Positions 50,106-59,111 of a stretch of DNA of 64,000 nucleotides are shown in pieces (position 1 is the stretch's first letter; every line of letters begins with the position of its first letter). Source of the DNA: Candidatus Bathyarchaeia archaeon (GTDB taxonomy: Archaea; Thermoproteota; Bathyarchaeia; Bathyarchaeales; Bathycorpusculaceae); assembly GCA_050010755.1 (NCBI GenBank), contig JBEKKK010000001.1:768001-832000 (forward strand). The letters run 5' to 3'. The notes beneath the pieces are model-generated. The model was not told the DNA's origin and did not search any database. It worked only from the letters and a program-made list of their open reading frames with translations. A program made the translations under genes and the position numbers.

Positions 50106-50804
50106 CTATAGGCTTCGAAACCTGGCTTTTATTTTCGGGACGCTGCATTCTGGGGGCTTCATTTTTCCTTCGGGGCAGTAGCCGATTTCAACGCAGGAAG
50201 GACCGCTGTTCTCGAACAGGGCGGGTGCGGCTTTCTTCGCTTGCTTTAGCATTTCCGTGGCAACTTCTCTTATCTCCCATTGCGCGCGTGCGCAACATCG
50301 CAGGTTGAAGAAGTGTCGCAGTTCCCTCGCGTTCATCGTCACCATGATGTTGGTTTTGGCGGCGTTCGGCAGGATGAACCTCGCATCCTCTTTGGGAATC
50401 GTCATATTCAGGAGCTTCTGATAGGCCTCAGAGATTTTCTCCAGCGTCTCGTCGAAGACTTTCTTGGCTTCCGCGTTTCGCGTTATGCTCGGCGGCGTCA
50501 CATATTTTTCTATGGTATCATACGTCACGTAGCGTTGGCTCTGCTGCGTGTACGAGGCGACACGATGTCTGACGAGCTGATGAGTCATGGCTCTGGACAC
50601 GTCCTCGATGCTGAACGTGAAGGACGCGTGCTCGATGACGGAAGCGTGTCCGTAGCCCGTCACCTGCCTAATTTTGTGCATGGCAGTTTCTGCGTCCATC
50701 TTCTCGAAGATTTCCGAAGGCTTCCCGCTCTTTATGGTGGTTGACGCTGCAGCCCCGCACAGAAGCTCGGAATCTGCCGTGTAACGAAGAAGCTTGACCT
50801 TCAA
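50106..50804 (-). CDS. thyX: Flavin-dependent thymidylate synthase
   Basis: 'GHASVIEH', 'HQLVRHR..SYTQQSQRY', 'AQWEIR'. Confidence 0.95.
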   Translation of the reverse strand: MKVKLLRYTADSELLCGAAASTTIKSGKPSEIFEKMDAETAMHKIRQVTGYGHASVIEHASFTFSIEDVSRAMTHQLVRHRVASYTQQSQRYVTYDTIEKYVTPPSITRNAEAKKVFDETLEKISEAYQKLLNMTIPKEDARFILPNAAKTNIMVTMNARELRHFFNLRCCARAQWEIREVATEMLKQAKKAAPALFENSGPSCVEIGYCPEGKMKPPECSVPKIKARFRSL

Positions 50805-50948
50805 CTCTCAACCTCACCCTGAATACGAGACCGTCGTTATCGATTGGAACTGTTGTAAAATTGTCCACTGAAGCATATAAAACAATGTTCTATGAACTAT
50901 CTTTTGGAAAGATGGAAGAAAATTCGAGATGACTGCCGACGCGCTCCG

Positions 50949-52013
50949 TTACACGTGTGCGTAGACGCGTTCGTTGGTGTATTTTCCGGTTTGCATTTCC
51001 TGGTCTATTTCGCGCAGCAGCATTATGCGTTTGAAGGTCGGCGGGTGAGTTGAGAACCACGTGTTGACCGTTCTCCACGTGGATTTGGCTTCTTTTTCCA
51101 TTGCCAACTCCAATTCTCTCTCATTCAGCACGCCGTCGTGGTCCAGGTCGTACTCGTTCTTCTTGTCAAGGATTTCGCGAACTTCCTGTTTGGCCTGCGC
51201 CGGGTCGCTTATGTAGAAGGCTCTGACGCCCTCGGGGGGTTTCGGCGAGAGTGAGAGGCCGTACGTGATTTTTGTCAGGGCGCTCTCTAGGCTTCGGGGT
51301 GAACCTGTTAGGTAGGCTGAATACGCGTCTGAGTAGTGTTCCCGCAGTCTGCTGAGCCGCATCACGCTGAGCTGTGAGACGAAGTAGACAACGAAAGAGA
51401 CGACTCCGATGGCGATCAGCGCTAACGCTGCGTTTCCCTGGTTTTTCTTGCTTGAGGAGCCGCCTCCCAGCGCCGCTGCGGTCATCGTTCCCCGCGCGAT
51501 GAGATAGGCAAGCAACGGGAGTGCAGAGAGCATTGTCATGATGGCATAGTCCTTGTGTCTTATGTGTCCCAGCTCGTGGCCGATTACGCCTCTCACTTCG
51601 TCTTCGTTCAGGTTTTGCAGCAGTCCCTGATGGACTGCGAGCGTTGCTGAGTGTGCGGTTCTGCCGAAAACGAACGCGTTGGGAGTGTTGTTCGGAACGA
51701 TGGCCAGCCGGGGCATAGGTATCTTGCTCTTGTCCGCGAGATCCTTCACGGTGGATTCGAGCCAGGGGTTTTCGCCCGGCTTGAGGTATCGCAGGTGTGT
51801 AGAGAATTTTACGATTGAGGGGCCGATGGCGTACTGGAACAGCACAAAAAGCAGCGGAAGGGTCACGATGATGAGCAAGCCGACACTGAGCGTCAACGTG
51901 ACGACGAACGCGTCGACAAGAAGCAGGATCAGACCTAGAAAAGCCGCGAATATGAGCAGCGTGATGAGTATGCCTGTGCCCATCGCAAACTTCAAACCGG
52001 CCAGACCTGGCAA
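50949..52013 (-). CDS. htpX: HtpX-like M48 zinc metalloprotease
   Basis: 'PNAF', 'HELGH', 'SRLRE.Y.D', 'STHP'. Confidence 0.9.
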   Translation of the reverse strand: MPGLAGLKFAMGTGILITLLIFAAFLGLILLLVDAFVVTLTLSVGLLIIVTLPLLFVLFQYAIGPSIVKFSTHLRYLKPGENPWLESTVKDLADKSKIPMPRLAIVPNNTPNAFVFGRTAHSATLAVHQGLLQNLNEDEVRGVIGHELGHIRHKDYAIMTMLSALPLLAYLIARGTMTAAALGGGSSSKKNQGNAALALIAIGVVSFVVYFVSQLSVMRLSRLREHYSDAYSAYLTGSPRSLESALTKITYGLSLSPKPPEGVRAFYISDPAQAKQEVREILDKKNEYDLDHDGVLNERELELAMEKEAKSTWRTVNTWFSTHPPTFKRIMLLREIDQEMQTGKYTNERVYAHV

Positions 52014-52068
52014 CGAGTTTCACCCTTTTGTTCTTTACCACAAAAAACCATGGAAGAATTAAATCTTT

Positions 52069-54666
52069 CTAAGAACAATCGAAGGGAACCAATATAGTGG
52101 GGCACGCGCTGATCTTTGCGGTTTTTATTTCATACTTGGAGATGGGTATTTCAATGGTATTTTCTTTGATGGATATTCTTGATGTCTCATTTTCCAGGAG
52201 GTCAGTTTCTTCAGCACTTTTTGGTGTCTCGGTTAAGCGGATGAGCGCCTTGGTGTTCTTGCTAGCGGTTTCGTAGAATCTTAGGATGATGTCGTCTGAG
52301 CGTTCAGCTTTCTTGACAACGGTTAAGATTATGTTCTCTGGTTCAGCTGAAATGAAAGAGAAAGTCTTCGGTAAGCGTCCCTCGTGACTGCGTTCCGTAA
52401 CTGGCAGCAGGGGATAGTTGAATTCGTAGGCTTTTCTGGCTGTCAGAGCCTCTTTGAAGTCGGAGCGGTGAGGGTACACGGCGTAGGCGATGTGGTGTTT
52501 TCCTTGATCTGTCAAGTCAGCTTGGGTTTTTTTGGGTATTGGAAGGCCGAAGGCTGCGCGCAGTTCGAACGGGTATGTGGCGCTTCTTAGCAGTGTCATT
52601 CTGATGGTGTCGTTTGCTGAGTCGAAACCGTATTTGCAATCGTTCAGGAGGCTTACTCCGTAGTCGTCTTCCTCGCTGCTGTGATCTATCCATTTTTGGC
52701 CGGGGACCTCGTATTTTGACCGTTCGGCGAGCGTTGCGTCTGGGGAGACTGGGTTTCGGCGTGTGATGAAGCCGTATGGGGCTTCGTACGTTGTGAAGTC
52801 GCTGTGGATGCTTAATGGAAAGGCTACTTTTGCCAGTCTGTGCTCTGCGTGCCAGTCGGCGTCAATTTTGAACTCAACCTGGGGGATTCTGTGGCATAGG
52901 ATGATCTCCTGATTGAACGTGGAGTCGGGTCTTCCTTCTTGCGTATATTTTTGTTTCACGAGAACTCGCGTTCTGACGGGTCCCTTCTCGAGAAGTTTCA
53001 CTTCGATTGGCCTGTTCAGTTCGACGTATTTGACGCCTTCGCTTTGCTGGTAGATGAACAGTTCCCAAGCGTCGAAGACCGCGGCGTCTATGCGAGAGTT
53101 GACGCATGTTCTTCCCCTCACTGGGGTGTCCTCGAAAACTTGGATTCGATTCCCCGAGGTCTGAAGGATCTCCTTGTGGCTTTTTCTGTCGAATATGCTG
53201 TTTACGAGTCCCGTGTGTTTGTCTATCGTAACGGTGAGGAACTCGTTTTCGAGTTTGAGCTGCTTGTCGGTTTCTTCAGTGCATAGGCTGGTCGAAGCCT
53301 GTCTTTTGGGAGAGCGAGGTTTGCGTGTTGGTTTTGCTTTGAATTCTTCGTAGCCGATGGGCGGCACGTTCTCAGCTGTGAAAATGAGCTTGTTGCCCTC
53401 TACTATTTGGGAAGGAACGGCTCGTCCTGTTTTATCATAGATTTCAACTTTGCCCGGCTCTTCCGTCGGTACTTCGACAATGCCGCTTCTCGGCCATGAC
53501 AAGGGGTTGAAGACCAGCATCGTTTTGCCTTCTCCTGTGGTGTCGATTTTGGCTGCTATCGTGCTTAAGGATTCGGTGATTATGCGATTCGTCGTGTCAA
53601 ATATCGTGTTGAAGTGTTCTTCGGAGTCTTTGTAGACTTCGGGGATGGAGGATCCTGGGAGGACGTCGTGGAACTGGTTTAGGAGGAGTTTCTGCCAGGC
53701 TTGTTCGAGTTGTTTGGTTGGATAGGTGTATCCGTATGTTCGGGCTATTGTGGAGAATTTTTCTGCTGTTTCTAGGAGGATTTCTGCTTTTCTGTTGTTC
53801 TTTTTGACTTTGGCTTGGGTTGTGTATGTTCCGCGGTGGAATTGGAAGTAGAGTTCGTCGTTGATTTGGGGGATTTTGTTTTTGTCGATTTTGTCGGTGA
53901 TGGTTTTCATGTACTGTTCTGCGGTTGAGAATTTGCCTTTTATGGGTTTGTTTCCTTGGATGAATTCTTGGGCTCTTTGGATCATGTCTTCGGTGACTCC
54001 GCCTCCGTGGTCTCCTTTTCCGAAGAGCATTAGGAGGTCGTGCAGGTTGTGGCGGGTGTTGAGTTGTTTCATCTGTTCGGTTATTCTGTTTTCTTGGATG
54101 GTTTCGTCGTATGTTCCGACGGTTTCGTGGGCGAGGATGGTTGAGCCGTCTGGGGCTGTCCAGTTGAAGATGTAGTGCGAGAAGACGGTGGTGTCGTTCC
54201 AGAGCATTTTCTGTGTTAGGAAGAACTGTATGCCGGCCTTTCTCATTATTTGGGGCAGTGTCCAGGCGTATCCGAAGGAGTCTGGGAACCAGGCGATTTT
54301 GACGTCGACGCCGAATTTTTTTTGGAAGTACGTTTTTCCATGTAGGAACTGTCTTACCAGGGATTCTCCGGAGGGCATGTTTGCGTCGGGTTCTATCCAG
54401 GTTCCGCCCACGATTTCCCAGCGTCCCTGTTTGACTTTTTTCTTGACTTTCCTGAAGGTTTCAGGGTGCGTTTCTTCTAGCCACTTGTAGTATTGGGCGC
54501 TGCTCTGACAGTAGCAGAAGCTCGGATGTTTCTCCATGAGGTTGAGGATGGTTTCGCAGGTTTCGTGGAACACTTTTCTGGTTTCGTCGAAAGACCATAA
54601 CCACGCAGCATCCAGATGACTGTGTCCCAAGAAGTAGCATGTCTCCCTGATGCTTTTTGAATCCAC
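52069..54666 (-). CDS. Alpha-mannosidase (GH38)
   Basis: 'GHSHLDAAWLW', 'PDSFGY', 'GDHGGG', 'HRGTYT', 'QFHDVLPG'. Confidence 0.93.
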   Translation of the reverse strand: MDSKSIRETCYFLGHSHLDAAWLWSFDETRKVFHETCETILNLMEKHPSFCYCQSSAQYYKWLEETHPETFRKVKKKVKQGRWEIVGGTWIEPDANMPSGESLVRQFLHGKTYFQKKFGVDVKIAWFPDSFGYAWTLPQIMRKAGIQFFLTQKMLWNDTTVFSHYIFNWTAPDGSTILAHETVGTYDETIQENRITEQMKQLNTRHNLHDLLMLFGKGDHGGGVTEDMIQRAQEFIQGNKPIKGKFSTAEQYMKTITDKIDKNKIPQINDELYFQFHRGTYTTQAKVKKNNRKAEILLETAEKFSTIARTYGYTYPTKQLEQAWQKLLLNQFHDVLPGSSIPEVYKDSEEHFNTIFDTTNRIITESLSTIAAKIDTTGEGKTMLVFNPLSWPRSGIVEVPTEEPGKVEIYDKTGRAVPSQIVEGNKLIFTAENVPPIGYEEFKAKPTRKPRSPKRQASTSLCTEETDKQLKLENEFLTVTIDKHTGLVNSIFDRKSHKEILQTSGNRIQVFEDTPVRGRTCVNSRIDAAVFDAWELFIYQQSEGVKYVELNRPIEVKLLEKGPVRTRVLVKQKYTQEGRPDSTFNQEIILCHRIPQVEFKIDADWHAEHRLAKVAFPLSIHSDFTTYEAPYGFITRRNPVSPDATLAERSKYEVPGQKWIDHSSEEDDYGVSLLNDCKYGFDSANDTIRMTLLRSATYPFELRAAFGLPIPKKTQADLTDQGKHHIAYAVYPHRSDFKEALTARKAYEFNYPLLPVTERSHEGRLPKTFSFISAEPENIILTVVKKAERSDDIILRFYETASKNTKALIRLTETPKSAEETDLLENETSRISIKENTIEIPISKYEIKTAKISACPTILVPFDCS

Positions 54667-54806
54667 TTTTTTCCCTCAGTATCGCTTACGTGTGGGCAAT
54701 GAATATAAGCGCACGCATATCGGTCGGATCGAGCTTTTCCAAGCAGCAGCCCACGCATCAATGGGGACATTATGGAATTCGATGAAAGGTTATCACCACG
54801 GGCAAT

Positions 54807-55220
54807 CGGCCCCTCCCTTTTTTTTCTTTACATCAGATGTAATGTTGTAATGTAATGTTGCCGTGTAAGTTTCCATGTTGCGTGCGCGGTGTTCCGAAAA
54901 CGAGTTAAAAATGGCACGCGCGTTAAGGTCGGCCTCTCTGTGCGGGTTTAGGTTTGAGTTCATGTTGGATGACGAGGTTTCAACGAATGAACGCCGGCCC
55001 CCTCCCTTTTTTTCTTTACGTCAGACGTAATGTTACAGCGTAATGTGTAAGCGTAAATTTCCATGTATCGTGCAGTCTTCCGAAAAGGGTTGGACTGGCA
55101 CGCGGGTTAAACTCGACCCCTCTGTGGGAGTTTAGGTTGAGTTCCTGTTGAGATTTCAACGGCCGAACGGCTGGCTCCTCCCTCTTTTCCGTTACGTCAG
55201 ACGTAATGTTGCAGCGTAAA
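54807..55220. repeat. Degenerate ~176-188-bp tandem repeat (two full units and one partial), non-coding
   Basis: Each unit starts GGC-C/T-CCTCCC, T-tract, TTAC(A/G)TCAGA(T/C)GTAATGTT. Units 1 and 2 also share TTTCCATGT, TTCCGAAAA, TGGCACGCG.GTTAA, CTCTGTG, GTTTAGGTT, GAGTTC.TGTTG and TTTCAACG. Confidence 0.85.
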
Positions 55221-55490
55221 CGGCGATGTTGTTAGCAATGCGTATTTTTGAAATGGTTGAAGATGGCCTTGGTTTTCTTCTGGTTGTTTGGCTTGTCGAT
55301 TTGAGGTTGGATGTTTCTGCTGTTGTGGTTTTCATCGGCCCTGGTTTTAGTGTAGAGGTAAGTGCGGTGTCTGGGAGATGAAGAGGAGAGTGGGTGTTTG
55401 AGAAGTGCTTTTGATGTTGGTGTTTAGTACAGTTAATTTTAAATAGTATAGCCGCAGTAGCGGAATTGTAAGTCATCTGGTGTAACACTG

Positions 55491-56183
55491 GTGCTGGTTG
55501 TCTCAAACATAGAGTTACCGACAAACTTGCACGCAATGAAGCCGACGGCGTTCCTGAGTTCGTCAATGAAAGATTTTACTCTCAACCTTAACAATGACTA
55601 TCGCTATTTGAAGACGGGCTATTATGTGTCTATGCACGCGGAGGTTTTGGGGAATCGTGTGATTCCTTCGAGTGAGAGCATAATTGCGGCCAGCAGGACG
55701 CCTATTTTGCTGCTTAAAGCTTCAAAAGCCGGTATTCCCACTGTGCCCTATTTGGTCACTGGATCTGTGCGGAGGATTATTTCGGAGTTTGGGTTTCCAC
55801 TGGTGGTTTTCGCGGTTAACCCGTTCTGCTATGACGGTTACAAAATTGCACACAACAGGAGCGCGCTGTACAGGGCTGTGAGAAGTCTGAGCATGAGTTA
55901 CAAGTTCGCGGTTTGTGCTCAGCCTCTTAAGGGTGAGATGTTGTCGTTTAAGTCGGTTTTCGGCAGGTGCGGGTTGGAGGGAGAGGTGGCGCGTGTTTCG
56001 AGAAGGGTTTACGAGGTGTTTAGGCTTCCGATTTGCAAGTTACACGTTCAGAAGGTTGGGGGGGAGGCTTTCCTGTGCGGGCTTCAGCCTTTGAGGATTG
56101 GGGAGGTTTTGCCCGAGGATTTGGAAATTGTGGGAGAAGAGGTTTCTCGCATGTCGAGAATGGGTGAACACTTGGTTGGCTAG
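55491..56183 (+). CDS. RimK-like ATP-grasp N-terminal (RLAN) domain protein
   Basis: RLAN signature 'LNLNNDYRYLKTGYYVSMHAEVLGNRVIPS'. Confidence 0.75.
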   Translation: MLVVSNIELPTNLHAMKPTAFLSSSMKDFTLNLNNDYRYLKTGYYVSMHAEVLGNRVIPSSESIIAASRTPILLLKASKAGIPTVPYLVTGSVRRIISEFGFPLVVFAVNPFCYDGYKIAHNRSALYRAVRSLSMSYKFAVCAQPLKGEMLSFKSVFGRCGLEGEVARVSRRVYEVFRLPICKLHVQKVGGEAFLCGLQPLRIGEVLPEDLEIVGEEVSRMSRMGEHLVG

Positions 56184-57054
56184 AATAGCCTGTTTCGTGG
56201 AGAAGTATAATTTTTCAGATCAGAGAGAAGCAACTGCCCTCCAGAACTTCCAGCGCACGGCGCAGAGTATGGGTCACGGGTTCGATTTTCTCTTCAGGGA
56301 AGGCATTCCTGAGATTCCACGGTATGACGCGGTGTTCATAAGGGCCACGACGGATCCGCTGTTCACTAGCTACGTTGTCTCTAAGACGGCGTGGGAGCTG
56401 GGCAAGAGGGTGATCGATGATCCGGAGTCGATACAGATTTGCGGCAACAAGATCCACCTTTACGATCTGTTCGAAAAGCACGATGTGCCCCACATTCCAA
56501 CGATGTTCCTTAACAAGGAGGATTTGCATCACAAGCGGCTTCTGGAAGTGTTTGAAACTCTCGGAAAACCCATCGTCGTCAAGGCGCCGTACACGAGTTT
56601 CTCAAAATACGTGGAGAAAGTCGCCTGTGAAACGAGTTTTCGCGACGTGGCCAAGAGATACTTCCGAAAGTCCGACATGCTGGCCGTCCAGACGTTCATG
56701 CCAACGGCCTTCGACTGGAGGGTCGGCGTCCTGAACCGCAAGACACTCTATGTGTGTAAGTACATGATTCCCAAGGGCAGATGGAAGCACGGGGCCAAGC
56801 GCCGGGGCAAACCCACCTTCGTCTGGGGAAGAACCGTCGCCCTCAAAACAGAGAACGCCCCGTCTAAATTGAAGGAAGTGGCGCTCAAGGCGTGCGACGT
56901 CATCGGACACGGACTCTACGGGGTCGATATAAAGGAAGTTAACGGCGACTACGTTGTGGTGGAAGTCAACGACAACCCCAGCATCTACGCCGGCTACGAG
57001 GACAGCCGAAACACTGATCTCTACGGAAAAATCATAGAATACCTGGTCGATTAG
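56176..57054 (+). CDS. RimK-family ATP-grasp ligase
   Basis: 'DAVFIR', 'VIDDP.SI..C.NK', 'DWRVGVL', 'GLYGVDIK', 'EVNDNP'. TTG start follows GGTGA. Confidence 0.88.
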   Translation: MARIACFVEKYNFSDQREATALQNFQRTAQSMGHGFDFLFREGIPEIPRYDAVFIRATTDPLFTSYVVSKTAWELGKRVIDDPESIQICGNKIHLYDLFEKHDVPHIPTMFLNKEDLHHKRLLEVFETLGKPIVVKAPYTSFSKYVEKVACETSFRDVAKRYFRKSDMLAVQTFMPTAFDWRVGVLNRKTLYVCKYMIPKGRWKHGAKRRGKPTFVWGRTVALKTENAPSKLKEVALKACDVIGHGLYGVDIKEVNGDYVVVEVNDNPSIYAGYEDSRNTDLYGKIIEYLVD

Positions 57055-57149
57055 CCTTTTTTTATCATAGGGCCAGTTTGAACCTCAAACACTCAAATCG
57101 CGTCATAGCATTGTGTCTGCACAAGCTTGCGAAGACCAGGGTGCGATGG

Positions 57150-57341
57150 TTAAGCGCTCGCGAATCTTTTGCGGGTGCTCCTGTAGTAGAAACCGATTCC
57201 TAATGCCAAGACGATGAGAAGGATGATTGGGAACACGATGTTAAAGTATTTCGGCGCGACATCCAGAGTGACGCCGAACACAAAGGGGACGAGCAGTAGA
57301 GAAATCAGAATAACAGCAAGGATTTTTGACAACATTGGCAA
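57150..57341 (-). CDS. Small two-TM membrane protein
   Basis: Two hydrophobic helices and a basic tail. Confidence 0.55.
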   Translation of the reverse strand: MPMLSKILAVILISLLLVPFVFGVTLDVAPKYFNIVFPIILLIVLALGIGFYYRSTRKRFASA

Positions 57342-57902
57342 AGTGTTCTTTTCTGGCTATGCAGAGTTCTTCTATTTTACCCTTTCCCGCAAGGAAAGAG
57401 AAATAAAAAATCTCGCTCCAGAACTGTTTTAATTTGAATCTCATTCTAGTCACGTCGTCCCGAACAAAACCTGCTACAATTCTAGAAGGAAATCATAATG
57501 CTATAGCGCTTTATTTCAGATATTTCGTCGATCACAAGAAGCTACCTTGCCCCACACTGCTTGCTTTTGTAGGCATATCCTTAAACATAGTCAGATACCA
57601 TCGGATTCGCGCCACATAACAGCGCGCGCTACACCAACGACGGACGCCACGACGGACGGCCAGACGGCGACCACGAACCACGACGACGGACGGTTAATGG
57701 GTAACCATGGGCTCCTAATGGAAGACCAAGGACTGTATACCCAATTTAGGATACACCTATATGGACATTAATGGAACAGGAAGGATACCATAGAAGTCTA
57801 CTATAGATAGATGTTATCGAAATCGAGTATACACTTCAGCGAGGAAAACACCGAAAGATTTATGCACTCAAAAGAACCATCTCTATTGAGAGTGCCTAAG
57901 TT

Positions 57903-59000
57903 ATGAAAAGAACAATTCTTGCTATATTGTTGATTCTTTTCGCATCAATCGCCGTCGTATACGTATCAAAAGGAAACTTTAGCTCGCCCACTGGCAAGAT
58001 ACAATCTGCCCCGCAAACCACAAGCAAGACCACAAGCGATCCGCAGCTTTCACCCTCATTGACGCTTCTTGGAGCCGGAGCGCAATGGGCTGCTTTCAAC
58101 GGCACCAATGCCCTTTACGTCGACTTTTACGATAACATAATGGCCTATCCCAACCCGAATGCTCAAAACTCCACCATCTTTCAACTGCAAAGGGCCGACG
58201 TTTCAGCCGCTCTCGAACAGTACGGGTTCAACATAACTTACTCCTCAGACATCCCGAGTAACCTGAGCGCATACAATGTCGTAGTAATCGACGCTTACTG
58301 GGCCTGTGAACCATCCAATGAACCTATCGTCCGCGGGTACATTTCTGGAGGCGGAGGCGTAGTCCTAATCGCAGGCGTTCCGATGTTGTTCTCAGTTGAC
58401 TGCAAGAGCTGGTGGACAGGCGGCGACCTAAGCCCTGTGCAAGACTGGTTTGGCGCTAGCTACTATCTTAACGCAGGAATGGAATCTGCGACCGTGATGG
58501 TAAACAGCCCGTTCGGTACTTCGCTGTCCGCTGGAAGCAGCCTAGGCCAGTACGACGCAGGCAGTTCTTACGCTGCCGTGGCAGGCCCGCTGAACGATTC
58601 CACGGTCATTGCACAATGGGCAGATGGAAGCATCTTCAGCATGACACACGAGTATGGTCAAGGACGCGTCTATTATCAAGCAAGCTACTCTGACAAGTTA
58701 CCGCCACAAATCACCGCAATTAACACATCTCCTTCACAACCAACTAGCAACGACACGGTGCAAATCGACGTCAGCACAAACGAACCCCAAATAGCAAGCG
58801 CTTCATTGACGCTTCAGTTCTCTTACACCGACAACTTCGGGCAGCTATGGAATACCAAAATGAACTACAATGAAACAAACAATGTCTGGCAAGTAATACT
58901 TCCTCAACAGCCAAGCGGCACAAACGTCCAGTTCTCCGTCACCGTCAGCGACAACAACGGAAACCAAGCGACGACGCAAGGCAACTACACAGTTTCCTAA
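57903..59000 (+). CDS. Secreted/membrane-anchored protein with a glutamine amidotransferase-like domain and C-terminal Ig-like domain
   Basis: Signal anchor, S/T linker, 'LSAYNVVVI...YISGGGGVVLI...YGQGRVYY', C-terminal beta domain. Confidence 0.65.
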   Translation: MKRTILAILLILFASIAVVYVSKGNFSSPTGKIQSAPQTTSKTTSDPQLSPSLTLLGAGAQWAAFNGTNALYVDFYDNIMAYPNPNAQNSTIFQLQRADVSAALEQYGFNITYSSDIPSNLSAYNVVVIDAYWACEPSNEPIVRGYISGGGGVVLIAGVPMLFSVDCKSWWTGGDLSPVQDWFGASYYLNAGMESATVMVNSPFGTSLSAGSSLGQYDAGSSYAAVAGPLNDSTVIAQWADGSIFSMTHEYGQGRVYYQASYSDKLPPQITAINTSPSQPTSNDTVQIDVSTNEPQIASASLTLQFSYTDNFGQLWNTKMNYNETNNVWQVILPQQPSGTNVQFSVTVSDNNGNQATTQGNYTVS

Positions 59001-59111
59001 GCGCGCGCGCCTCATTTTTGGTCGGACGTATGTTCTAAAAACACCGGTAAGACACGCTAAAAACCCGTATCCGCAAAAATACCTAACGCGCGCGCTAAAC
59101 CCCAAGCTGTT

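Noticed and set aside
52700-54400. Strong strand compositional skew in the mannosidase gene (also in the 3' part of the terminase gene)
   Set aside because: Explained by A/C-ending codon preference within intact ORFs; no independent structure seen.
54807-55220. CRISPR array or replication origin (ORB boxes)
   Set aside because: Units are homologous along their length with no unique spacers. No cas or cdc6/orc1 gene is adjacent, and there is no convincing ORB consensus.
55192-55566. 124-aa minus-strand ORF or small repeat-encoded peptides as RimK precursor peptides
   Set aside because: Frames are not conserved between repeat units, and there is no RBS or precursor-like motif.
57631-57700. 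GACG/GACGAC low-complexity tract (similar short tracts at about 24439 and 62474) and ORF 57547-57771
   Set aside because: No regular period and no credible coding signal; kept only as context for the GCGCGC motif.
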